Notes: generated by a model from the letters alone, not told the origin. 64,000 nt of DNA from Acidimicrobiia bacterium (GCA_025928935.1 JAICNB010000002.1:7496-71495); one strand, 5' to 3'. Shown: positions 44,641 to 53,147, counted from the first letter of the stretch. Numbers and translations are program-made.

Positions 44641-44990
44641 GGGCTCTCGCCGCTGTGTTGGAGGTCACGGTGCCGCCGAGCTCTGGTCACCAAGCTCCCG
44701 GTGCTGCTGGTGGACGAGCCTTTCAGTGCTCTCGACGCCTTCACCCGCATCGACCTCAGGATCACCTGCTCGAGGTGTGGGGCTGGTATCGGCCGACGAC
44801 GCTCCTGGTGACACATGACATCGACGAAGCGCTGGTCCTGGCCGATCGAGTCGTCGTGTTCGGCGGTCACCCCGGCACGATCCGGGCCGAGATAAGGGTG
44901 GATCTGCCCCGCCCCCGCGACCGGGCCCAGCCCTCGTTCCATGCCTATCAGGATCGGCCGATGGCCGAGCTGCCGGATCGGACCGGAGTC
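44641..44990 (+). pseudogene. 5'-truncated, frameshifted SsuB/TauB-type ABC ATPase remnant
   Basis: ALVTKLPVLLVDEPFSALDAFTRIDL is in one frame. After a 1-nt loss near 44757, the next frame reads QDHLLEVW...TTLLVTHDIDEALVLADRVVVF...PGTIRAEIRVDLPRPRD. Walker A and the Q-loop are absent. The remnant begins 3 nt after the amidase stop. Confidence 0.7.
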
Positions 44991-45027
44991 GCCAGACCCC
45001 GGGCTGACCTCCAGGTATCTTCGCGGA

Positions 45028-45957
45028 GTGGCCGACACCAGCGCTACACCGGGAAGCGACGACGGCTCATCCGGGCGTCTCGACCGGCTGAGAGAGCGCT
45101 ACGAGGGATACAAGGCCAAGGCTTTCGATCGTCTCGAGGTAGAACGGGGTCGCCGCCCCAGCGTGCGGGTCGCCTTCGATTTCTACAGGAGAGACCAGGC
45201 CTTCGCCGGCAGCCTCCTCGCCGGAGGCCTCTCGGTCAAGCTGTTCCTCTGGTTCCTCCCGTTCGCCCTCTCGTTCGTCGCCCTGTTCGGATCCCTGGCC
45301 GAGCGTTTCGACCGGCCGGCCGAGGACGTGGCCCGTGCCTCGGGTCTGACAGCCGTCCTCGCCGGCATGATCGCCGAGGCGGTCGAGGCCTCGAGCCGGG
45401 CAAGGTGGTACCTCGCAGGCTTCGGCATCTTCCTGCTGCTCTGGGCGGGCCTCGGCGTGGTACGGGCCCTGGCGCTGACCAGCCGTTTGGCCTGGCGCAT
45501 GGACAAGCCCCCGTCGATCCGAAAGATGTACGGCTCGTTGGCCGTCATCGGCTTCGTAGTGGCGATCCTGGGTGTGCAGTGGGCGAGAAACCAGTTCCTC
45601 GGCAGTCCCTGGTACGTCGACGTTCTCGTACTCGGGGTGGCCACCGTCTGCGTGACGGGAATGCACCTGCTCATCTTCCAATGGCTTCCCCACCCCGATG
45701 ATGTCCCCTGGACCGCACTGATCCCAGGGGCGCTCCTGATGACCGCCGGGCTGCTTGTGATCAGGCTGGCCACCCTCGTCTACTTCGCACCGAGGCTCAA
45801 CAGCGCACCTGACCTGTATGGGGGATTGGGTCTGGCTGGGGTCTTTCTCGCCTGGCTCTACATCATCAGCCGGCTGCTGGTGGCTTCGATCTCCTTGAAC
45901 GCCACCATCTGGCAGAGAGATCAGGCCAACGACCAGACATCGGGCGCCATCGGTTGA
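45028..45957 (+). CDS. YihY/BrkB (virulence factor BrkB) family membrane protein
   Basis: FDFYRRDQAFAGSLLAGGLSVKLFLWFLPFAL..., 6 TM segments. GTG at 45028 is preferred, because the ATG at 44941 lies within the pseudogene. Confidence 0.8.
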   Translation: MADTSATPGSDDGSSGRLDRLRERYEGYKAKAFDRLEVERGRRPSVRVAFDFYRRDQAFAGSLLAGGLSVKLFLWFLPFALSFVALFGSLAERFDRPAEDVARASGLTAVLAGMIAEAVEASSRARWYLAGFGIFLLLWAGLGVVRALALTSRLAWRMDKPPSIRKMYGSLAVIGFVVAILGVQWARNQFLGSPWYVDVLVLGVATVCVTGMHLLIFQWLPHPDDVPWTALIPGALLMTAGLLVIRLATLVYFAPRLNSAPDLYGGLGLAGVFLAWLYIISRLLVASISLNATIWQRDQANDQTSGAIG

Positions 45958-45987
45958 CGTGGGTGCGGCTGCGCACACACCTCCTTC

Positions 45988-46016
45988 TTGACAGATTAAT
46001 TCAACGCTTGTAGAAC
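45988..46016 (+). promoter_or_regulatory. Sigma-70-type promoter candidate TTGACA-N17-TAGAAC for the ABC-2 exporter operon
   Basis: TTGACA at 45988-45993, a 17-nt spacer, and TAGAAC at 46011-46016, in an AT-richer 80-bp spacer. A GAAGGA RBS lies before the ATG at 46038. Confidence 0.5.
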
Positions 46017-46030
46017 TCAACACGTGTTGA
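46017..46030. promoter_or_regulatory. Perfect 14-bp palindrome TCAACACGTGTTGA abutting the -10 box: candidate TetR operator
   Basis: Read directly. It lies between the -10 box and the RBS. The only regulator in the operon is the TetR gene at 48726-49301. Confidence 0.5.
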
Positions 46031-46037
46031 ACGAAGG

Positions 46038-47072
46038 ATGGGCCTGATGTGGGCGATGGTGATCAAAGAGCTCCGCCAGATGCGCCGGGATCGACGGACG
46101 TTGGCCATGATGATCGTGATGCCGCTGGTTCTGCTGGTGATCTTCGGCTACGCGGCGAGCTTCGATGTGACTAAGGTCGAGATCGCCTTTCCCCAAGGCC
46201 AGCCCCCGGGGCTGGCCCTCCCCGACCCATTCGAATCGGTGGATACCGACCAGTCGGATCCGGTCGAGATCCTGCAGTTCGGAGAGGCCGATGTCGCCAT
46301 CGACAGCTCAGGACCGAAACCTGTCGCCTACGTCGACGGGTCGGAGCTGTTCACAGCTCGTGCTGCCCTGCAGGCCTTCACCACTGCAGCCGCCGCGGGA
46401 GCGCCGATCCAGACCGAGGTCCTCTTCAACCCGGAGCTCGACACATCTGCTGTGTTGGTGCCGGGTCTCGCCGGCCTGGTCCTCCTGTTCGTGGGCTCGC
46501 TCGTTACCAGCCTCGGCGTGGTCCGTGAGCGTCAGGCCGGGACCCTCGAGCAGCTGGCTGTGATGCCGTTGAGCCCGAGGGATGTCTTCGTCGGCAAGAT
46601 CGCGCCCTACTTCCTCGTGGCCGCTTTCGACATGGTCGTCGTGCTCACCACGGGCTGGCTCCTCTTCGACGTCCCCTTCAACGGCTCGATCTGGCTGCTG
46701 GCACTCGGAGCCCTGCTCTTTCTGTTCGTGACTCTCGGCACCGGGGTGCTCATCTCCACCGTGTCGGAGAACCAGGGACAGGCCATTCAGCTCGCCCTGA
46801 TGACCCTGCTGCCCCAGGTCCTGCTCTCCGGCCTGATCTTCCCGCTCGAGTCGATGGCTGCCGGTGTTCGCTGGATCGGCTACCTGCTCCCCCTCACCTA
46901 CTTCAACCAGATCGCGCGGGGTGTCATGCTCCGAGGGGCCCCGTTCGAGGCCCTGATTCTCCCACTCGGACTTCTCGCCGGACTGGGTCTGGTGGTGTTC
47001 GGTCTTGCCGTGCTGCGATTCCGGGCCGAGCTGGCCCCGGCCCGTCGGAGCAGCGTGAAGGTGGCGGCATGA
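46038..47072 (+). CDS. ABC-2 type exporter permease (YbhS/YbhR/YhhJ-like, large extracytoplasmic loop after TM1)
   Basis: VIKELRQMRRDRRTLAMMIVMPLVLLVIFGYA, then a loop of about 100 aa and 5 further TM segments. Confidence 0.85.
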   Translation: MGLMWAMVIKELRQMRRDRRTLAMMIVMPLVLLVIFGYAASFDVTKVEIAFPQGQPPGLALPDPFESVDTDQSDPVEILQFGEADVAIDSSGPKPVAYVDGSELFTARAALQAFTTAAAAGAPIQTEVLFNPELDTSAVLVPGLAGLVLLFVGSLVTSLGVVRERQAGTLEQLAVMPLSPRDVFVGKIAPYFLVAAFDMVVVLTTGWLLFDVPFNGSIWLLALGALLFLFVTLGTGVLISTVSENQGQAIQLALMTLLPQVLLSGLIFPLESMAAGVRWIGYLLPLTYFNQIARGVMLRGAPFEALILPLGLLAGLGLVVFGLAVLRFRAELAPARRSSVKVAA

Positions 47073-47878
47073 GCTTCGGGATGGACCGGGCCACGATCGA
47101 GCTCGGGGGAAGACGAGCCCTCGACGAAGTCGACCTGGAAGTGACGACCGGTGAGATCACCGCCGTGATCGGAGCCGACGGGGCCGGGAAATCGACCGTG
47201 GCGCGGATCATGGCCGGGTTGCTCGGCCCCGATTCCGGGACGATCCGACGTCCCCATCCGGATTCGATCGGATACCAGCCCGAAGCCGGTGGCACGTGGG
47301 CAGACCTCACGGTGATGGAGAACCTCTCCTTCGTCGCCTCGGCTCACGGCATCGGCCCCGGCTCGGGAAGGTTGAAGGAGCTCCTGGCCGTCACCGGGCT
47401 GGAAACGGCGGGAGAGAGGTTGGCGGGAGCATTGTCCGGCGGGATGAGACAGAAGCTGGCAGTAGCGATGGCGATGCTGCCCCGTCCCGAGATGACAGTC
47501 CTCGACGAGCCGACCACCGGTCTCGATCCGGTGAGCCGGGGGGAGCTGTGGGGGCTGCTCGCCCGCGTGGCTGGAGAAGGCACTGCCGTCCTGGTCACCT
47601 CGTCGTATCTCAACGAAGCGGAACGAGCGTCACATGTGGTGGTCCTCGACGAGGGGCATGTGCTCGCCGCGGGCACCGCCGAGTCGATCCGAGCCTCCTT
47701 CCCGGGAGAGCTCGGCGTGACCGGGGCCCCGCCCACCGAGGGCGTTCCATCCTGGCGGCGGGGAAACACATGGCGGGTGTGGGCCCCGGAGGGTGGATTG
47801 CCCTCAGGCGCCCGCGCCACCGCCCCGGATCTGGGTGACGTGGTCATTGCCGCCGCCCTGGCCCGGAGGGAGCCATGA
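47069..47878 (+). CDS. ABC transporter ATP-binding protein 1 (canonical signature motif, Ser at the H-loop position)
   Basis: Walker A GADGAGKST, Q-loop GYQPE, signature LSGGMRQK, Walker B TVLDEPTTGLD, and VLVTSSY where THH or TH is expected. Confidence 0.9.
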   Translation: MSFGMDRATIELGGRRALDEVDLEVTTGEITAVIGADGAGKSTVARIMAGLLGPDSGTIRRPHPDSIGYQPEAGGTWADLTVMENLSFVASAHGIGPGSGRLKELLAVTGLETAGERLAGALSGGMRQKLAVAMAMLPRPEMTVLDEPTTGLDPVSRGELWGLLARVAGEGTAVLVTSSYLNEAERASHVVVLDEGHVLAAGTAESIRASFPGELGVTGAPPTEGVPSWRRGNTWRVWAPEGGLPSGARATAPDLGDVVIAAALARREP

Positions 47879-48726
47879 CCGCCGTCCTGGCCGAATCCGA
47901 TGGCGTGTCCAGGTCTTTCGGAGCGAATCTCGCGGTTGATCGGGTCAGTCTCTCGATGACGAGTGGCGAGATCCTCGGCTTGGTCGGAGCCAACGGCGCC
48001 GGAAAGACCACGCTGATCAGACTGTTGCTTGGCCTGGAGAGGCCCGACGCAGGGAATGTTCGGCTCTTCGACCAGCCACCGACCCGCGCCACTCGCAGCC
48101 GGATCGGCTACATGCCTCAGACTCTTGGCCTCTACGACGACCTGACCGTGGCCGAGAACCTCTCCTTCTCCGCTGGTGTCTTCGGGGTCGACCCGCCTCG
48201 ACTCGACGACGACCTGGCCCGGGTGGCCGATACCACCATAAAGGCCATACCCCTGGGGCTCCGGCGCAGAGTGGCCTTCCTCGCCGCACTGGCCCATCGG
48301 CCGGAGCTGCTCGTGCTCGACGAGCCAACTTCAGGTGTGGGCCCTCTGGGCCGAGCCGATCTGTGGGAGACGATCCATGAGTCCGCCGATGACGGGAGCG
48401 GCGTGCTGGTCACGACGCATCACATGGACGAAGCCGAACAGTGCGATCGTCTCGTCTTCATCACCGCCGGCCGGCTGGTGGCGTCAGGCACGGCAGGGGA
48501 GATCGTGGCCAGCCATGCCACCGTGGAGGCCACACCGGCCGATCCACCGGCGGCTCTCGAATCACTCGAGCGGGCCGGCATGTCGGTGCTGCCTGCCGGC
48601 AGACATCTCCGAGTCCCGGGAGCCAGCCTCGCCAACGTGCGGGCCGTGCTCGGGGCCGTACCGCCGCTCAGCGAGCAACCATCCACCCTGGAGGAGGCCT
48701 TCATGATCCTGGCCCGGGCCTCCTGA
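47875..48726 (+). CDS. ABC transporter ATP-binding protein 2 (degenerate signature motif, canonical H-loop)
   Basis: Walker A GANGAGKTT, IPLGLRRRV at the signature position, Walker B LLVLDEPTSGVGP, and H-loop VLVTTHHMDEAE. Confidence 0.85.
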   Translation: MTAVLAESDGVSRSFGANLAVDRVSLSMTSGEILGLVGANGAGKTTLIRLLLGLERPDAGNVRLFDQPPTRATRSRIGYMPQTLGLYDDLTVAENLSFSAGVFGVDPPRLDDDLARVADTTIKAIPLGLRRRVAFLAALAHRPELLVLDEPTSGVGPLGRADLWETIHESADDGSGVLVTTHHMDEAEQCDRLVFITAGRLVASGTAGEIVASHATVEATPADPPAALESLERAGMSVLPAGRHLRVPGASLANVRAVLGAVPPLSEQPSTLEEAFMILARAS

Positions 48727-49301
48727 TGGCGCGAAGTGGCCGGCGTCCCGGTGCCACCGACACCAGGGCGGCCATCCTGACCGCAGCTCAAGCCGAGTTC
48801 GCCGCCAAGGGATACGACCGGGCCACCATCCGTGGCATCGCCGCCGGTGCCAAGGTCGACCCCGCCCTCGTCCATCATTACTTCGGCACCAAGGAAGACC
48901 TCTTCGCCGCCTCGATCGACCTGCCTATCAGGCCTTCCGAGTTGGCAGACACCGTGATGGCGGAGGGGGTCGAGTCGGCGGGCCGCAACATCACGACCAT
49001 CTTCTTCACGACATGGGAGAACCCGGTGACGCGAGCTCCCCTGCTCGCGATGCTGCGCGGTGCGTTCGACACCAGGCACGGAGCCGACGTGCTGCGGGAG
49101 TTCTTCGGAACCGCGATGCTGGGGCGCGTCGCCGGTCTGATCCCCGGGCCCGAAGCAGAGATACGGGTGGCGCTGGCCGTCTCCCATCTCATCGGGGTGG
49201 CCGTGCTCAGGTACGTGCTCGGCTTCCCCTCCCTGAGCGATGTCCCGGTGGCACGACTGATCGACGAGATGTCCCCGAAGATCCAGTCCTATTTCGCGTA
49301 G
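48726..49301 (+). CDS. TetR/AcrR family transcriptional regulator
   Basis: TRAAILTAAQAEFAAKGYDRATIRGIAAGAKVDPALVHHYFGTKEDLF. The ATG at 48726 overlaps the upstream stop by 1 nt. Confidence 0.9.
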   Translation: MARSGRRPGATDTRAAILTAAQAEFAAKGYDRATIRGIAAGAKVDPALVHHYFGTKEDLFAASIDLPIRPSELADTVMAEGVESAGRNITTIFFTTWENPVTRAPLLAMLRGAFDTRHGADVLREFFGTAMLGRVAGLIPGPEAEIRVALAVSHLIGVAVLRYVLGFPSLSDVPVARLIDEMSPKIQSYFA

Positions 49302-49303
49302 TG

Positions 49304-49333
49304 GCGGGCGCCCATCCCCCGATAGGCGCCCGC
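49304..49333. terminator. 9-bp GC stem-loop between the convergent TetR and NCS2 permease genes
   Basis: GCGGGCGCC (49304-49312) pairs with GGCGCCCGC (49325-49333), with a 12-nt loop and no U-tract. Confidence 0.4.
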
Positions 49334-49347
49334 ACTGGTCAGATGGT

Positions 49348-50730
49348 TCAGGCGGAGATGGCCTGGCCCAGGACCGCCTGGCCGAAGTAGATGAGGAAGG
49401 CGATCGCTACAACCCACATCAGTGGATGGACCTCGCTGAACTTCCCCTTGATCACCTTGATCAGGACATACATGACGAACCCGGCCCCGATGCCCACTGT
49501 GATGCTGAAGGTGAGGGGCATGAGGACGATGGTGAGCAGGGCGGGAAAGCCCTCCTCGATGTCCTCGAAGTCGATCCCCTTGAGCAGTCCGGCCATCAGG
49601 AACCCGATCAGGATCAGGACCGGCGCTGCCGCCTGAACAGGGACGAGCGCAGCCAATGGGGAGAGGAAGATCGCCACCAGGAACAGCAACCCGACCACGA
49701 TCGCGGTGAGACCGGTGCGGCCACCTTCGGCCACCCCCGCCGCACTCTCGATGTAGCTGGTGTTGGAGCTCACCCCGGCAGCTCCTCCGGCGGCGGCCCC
49801 GAGCGAGTCGACGAACAACAGCTTGCCCACGCCCGGGACGTTGCCCTCTTCATCGGTCAGCTCCGCCTGCTCGGCGATGGCCGTGGCGGTTCCGATCGTG
49901 TCGAAGAAGTCGGTGAGCATGAAGCTGAAGATGGTCAACGCCGCGGCCACGAAGCCGAGCGTGGAGAACACGTTGCCCAGATCGAAGTCGCCCAGCGTGG
50001 CAAAGCTGGGCGTGGCTGTGAACTCACTGGGGAACTCGGTGAACCCAATGATCAACCCGAGAGCGGCGGTGAGCAGGATGCTGATGATCAGCGCCCCCGG
50101 CACCTTCCTCACAAAGAGGATGACTGTGATGAGAAGACCGATGAGGGCCATCCAGGCGCCCGGGCTGTTCGGGAAGACGAACTCCACCGGAACGGGCCCG
50201 TCACCTTCGGGTTGGCGAATGAGACCTGCGTCGACGAACCCGATGAAGAGGATGAACAGGCCGATGCCCACCCCGATTGCTCGCTTGATCGCCAACGGGA
50301 CTGCGTTCATGATCGACTCACGGAGCCCGACCACGACCAGCGCCAGCACGATGAGGCCCTCGAGGACGATCACCCCCATCGCCCCGGCCGGAGTCAGGCC
50401 GTCGCCTAGCACGAGACCGAATGCCACCGCGCCGTTGATGCCCAGGCCCGCTGCCATCGCGATGGGGTAGTTGGCCACCACCCCCATCAGGATGCAGAGC
50501 AGGCCGGCCACCAGCGCGGTGCCGGCGGCTACGGCTGGGGCATCGAATCCGGCTGCCGACAAGATGGCGGGGTTGACGAAGATGATGTAGGCCATCACCA
50601 GGAAAGTCGTCACCCCGGCACGGATCTCGGTGCCTACGGACGTGCCTCGCTCACTGAGCTTGAAGTAAGAATCGAGACCGGACCCTCCCCCCGATCCTCT
50701 CGACTCCGTGCGATCGACGGTGTCGGTCAT
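49348..50730 (-). CDS. NCS2 family purine permease (AzgA/PurP-like adenine/guanine/hypoxanthine transporter)
   Basis: LDSYFKLSERGTSVGTEIRAGVTTFLVMAYIIFVNPAIL. The ATG at 50730 is preceded by GGAGGAGAA. Confidence 0.9.
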   Translation of the reverse strand: MTDTVDRTESRGSGGGSGLDSYFKLSERGTSVGTEIRAGVTTFLVMAYIIFVNPAILSAAGFDAPAVAAGTALVAGLLCILMGVVANYPIAMAAGLGINGAVAFGLVLGDGLTPAGAMGVIVLEGLIVLALVVVGLRESIMNAVPLAIKRAIGVGIGLFILFIGFVDAGLIRQPEGDGPVPVEFVFPNSPGAWMALIGLLITVILFVRKVPGALIISILLTAALGLIIGFTEFPSEFTATPSFATLGDFDLGNVFSTLGFVAAALTIFSFMLTDFFDTIGTATAIAEQAELTDEEGNVPGVGKLLFVDSLGAAAGGAAGVSSNTSYIESAAGVAEGGRTGLTAIVVGLLFLVAIFLSPLAALVPVQAAAPVLILIGFLMAGLLKGIDFEDIEEGFPALLTIVLMPLTFSITVGIGAGFVMYVLIKVIKGKFSEVHPLMWVVAIAFLIYFGQAVLGQAISA

Positions 50731-50894
50731 TTCTCCTCCCAGATTCGAGGATGCCGGGCTTGGCATCGCCAATGAGACCCAAAGTAGTGAGGAGGGGTTA
50801 CCGGCCGCCTCCGTCGCCCGTCGTGGTTCTTCGCGATCTTCTGTCTCGTGTACACCGGGCCACTGGCACGGGTGGTTGGTCAGCACACGGGACT

Positions 50895-51203
50895 TCAGAC
50901 GAGGGCCCGCACCACCCAGAACACAACCATGCCCGCCACCAAAGTCCAGATCTGGCTCCTGGTCCGGAAGGCCACCCCCCCACCGGCCAGGAATCCGGCC
51001 ACCTCGGGGAAACCGATGGCGACGTTGCCGCCGGCATCGGTGAGGAGGGTCACTACCAGAGCGGCGAGGACGGCGGAGCCGACATAGCGAAGGGCAATCA
51101 ACACGGTTTCGGGGATCCGCTTCTTGGCCAGGGCGACAATGAATACGGCCCGCATCACATAGGTGCCGACCCCAACGATCACGACTGCCGCCAGGTCACC
51201 CAC
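50895..51203 (-). CDS. azlD: AzlD family small membrane protein
   Basis: 102 aa with 3-4 TM segments. It overlaps the azlC end by 8 nt, the typical azlCD pairing. Confidence 0.75.
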   Translation of the reverse strand: MGDLAAVVIVGVGTYVMRAVFIVALAKKRIPETVLIALRYVGSAVLAALVVTLLTDAGGNVAIGFPEVAGFLAGGGVAFRTRSQIWTLVAGMVVFWVVRALV

Positions 51204-51879
51204 GGCGAAGCCTCTCGACGATGGTGCCGGCGGTCACTCCCGCCACGGAGCCCACCAGGAGGCCGGTCCGGTTGGGGAGACTGGCGACGAGATAGGTCAC
51301 GGCGGCCCCGGTCAGGGCGGCCACCACCTCGGGCCAGGTCTCGGTCCCGACCACGAGCAGCCCGATGAAAAGGATCGGGATTGCGAACCCCAGGTTCCAT
51401 TCATCGGGGACCACCGGCCCGATGAGCAGGCCCAGGGCCACCACAGCCGGCCAGAGCACCCAGAACGTCGCTCCGGCCGCGAGATAGTAGGTGCGAAACC
51501 GATCGGGGTCTTCCTCGGGCCGCATCGTCACCAGGGCGAATACCTGGTCGATCAGCAGATAAGGGCCGAGCCAGCGGAACCAACGGGGTTGTCTCTGGAA
51601 CGCGGGGGTCAGGGCCACCGAATACATCAGATGGCGTGCATTGACCACCAATGCGGTGCTGATGGCCGCTGCAAGGGCCACACCACCCCCGAGAAGGGTG
51701 ATCAAGGTGAGTTGGGCTGCTCCGGCGAATATCAGCCACGAGCTGGACCATCCAGCCAGCGGATTCATCCCGGCCTCGGTGATGGCCAGACCGATCACCA
51801 GCCCGAAGGGAATGGCCGGCACGAAGAGGGGGAGGGCATCGGTGATCCCCTGGCGGGCCACCGATCGGTCCACAGACAT
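51196..51879 (-). CDS. azlC: AzlC family membrane protein
   Basis: GITDALPLFVPAIPFGLVIGLAI...FAGAAQLTLITLL is typical for AzlC. Confidence 0.8.
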   Translation of the reverse strand: MSVDRSVARQGITDALPLFVPAIPFGLVIGLAITEAGMNPLAGWSSSWLIFAGAAQLTLITLLGGGVALAAAISTALVVNARHLMYSVALTPAFQRQPRWFRWLGPYLLIDQVFALVTMRPEEDPDRFRTYYLAAGATFWVLWPAVVALGLLIGPVVPDEWNLGFAIPILFIGLLVVGTETWPEVVAALTGAAVTYLVASLPNRTGLLVGSVAGVTAGTIVERLRRG

Positions 51880-51896
51880 CCGGCCAGGTTATGGGC

Positions 51897-52616
51897 CTAT
51901 GAGCCGGCGTCGGCCCGGACCGCCTCCAGAGCGATGACCACCATGTCGTTGAACGTCTGCTCCCGCTCCTCCGAGGTGGTGGATGCGCCGGTCCGGACGT
52001 GGTCCGAGACCGTTGCGATGGTGAGCGCCCGGCCCCCCTTCTCGGCGGCGACGCCGTACAGGCCGGCCGCCTCCATCTCCACGGCCAGGACGCCCATCGA
52101 TTCCATCCGATCGAACGCCTCGGGGTCCGGGTTGTAGAACAGGTCAGCGGAGTGGACGTTTCCCACCTTCACCTCGACACCCTTCGCGGCAGCAGCATCG
52201 GCCGCAGCGCGAAGCAAGTCGAAATCGGCCGTGGCCGCGAAGTCGTAGCCGCCGTATCTGACCCGGTTGACCCCCGAGTCGGTGCAGGCGCCGATCGCCA
52301 GGATGACGTCTCGGAGCTCGACAGAGGGAAGGATCCCGCCGCAAGAGCCCACCCTGATCAGCCGCTCCACCCCGTATTCGGTGATCAGCTCTGTGGCGTA
52401 GATCGAGGCCGAAGGTATGCCCATCCCGGTGCCCATGACCGAGACCGGGACACCCTCGTAGCTCCCGGTGTACCCGAGCATGTTCCGCACCTCGTTGACC
52501 TGTGTGGACTCTTCGAGGAAGTTCTCGGCTATGTGCCGGGCACGGAGCGGGTCGCCGGGGAGGAGGATGGAGGGGGCGAAGTCGCCCTTCCGGGCTGATA
52601 CGTGGGGGGTGGGCAT
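51897..52616 (-). CDS. deoD: Purine nucleoside phosphorylase, DeoD type
   Basis: [34 protein letters not shown]...[15 protein letters not shown]...RVGSCGG aligns closely with my memory of E. coli DeoD. Confidence 0.95.
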   Translation of the reverse strand: MPTPHVSARKGDFAPSILLPGDPLRARHIAENFLEESTQVNEVRNMLGYTGSYEGVPVSVMGTGMGIPSASIYATELITEYGVERLIRVGSCGGILPSVELRDVILAIGACTDSGVNRVRYGGYDFAATADFDLLRAAADAAAAKGVEVKVGNVHSADLFYNPDPEAFDRMESMGVLAVEMEAAGLYGVAAEKGGRALTIATVSDHVRTGASTTSEEREQTFNDMVVIALEAVRADAGS

Positions 52617-52703
52617 GCCTCATCGACTCCGTTCGTTTCGGTGACTTCGTGTCCGGGACGGCGTCAACTTATTCGATCAGCCGGTCGGTAGGGTGCCCGG
52701 CTC

Positions 52704-53147
52704 ATGCCCGAGATCCCACCTTTCCCGAAGGATCGCACCGACCTCACGATCGCCCTGGAGGAGCTGGGAGCGCCACGTCTCCCCGGGCTGCTCGGGATCG
52801 AGCTTCTGGAGCTGGGCGATGGCTCGTCGGCCATGCGAATGGAGGTCGGGGAGAGGCATCTGGCCTCCAACGGGTACCTCCACGCAGCATCGGTGGTGGC
52901 GCTGGCCGACACGACGGCCGGCTATGGCTGTGTGGCCAACCTCCCGGAGGGGGCGATCGGGTTCACCACCATCGAGCTCAAATCGAACCACCTGGGCACA
53001 CTGCTCGAGGGTGCGCTGCTGGCGCAGGGGTCGCTGGCCCACGGCGGCCGCTCCACCCACGTGTGGGACGTCGTGGTGCTGGCCGAGGAGAACAACAAGA
53101 AGATCGCCCTGTTCCGGTGCACCCAGATGCTGCTCTACCCGCGGTAG
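52704..53147 (+). CDS. PaaI-family hotdog-fold thioesterase
   Basis: GYLHAASVVALADTTAGYG...TIELKSNHLG...GGRSTHVWDV. Confidence 0.85.
   Translation: MPEIPPFPKDRTDLTIALEELGAPRLPGLLGIELLELGDGSSAMRMEVGERHLASNGYLHAASVVALADTTAGYGCVANLPEGAIGFTTIELKSNHLGTLLEGALLAQGSLAHGGRSTHVWDVVVLAEENNKKIALFRCTQMLLYPR

Noticed and set aside
50731-50894. Possible purine riboswitch upstream of the NCS2 purine permease.
   Set aside because: I could not find the conserved purine-riboswitch junction or loop elements (UAUAAU, GAUAUGG, GUUUCUACC, CCGUAAA, GACUA-type) on the coding strand. Only short generic hairpins are present. An Rfam scan would be decisive.
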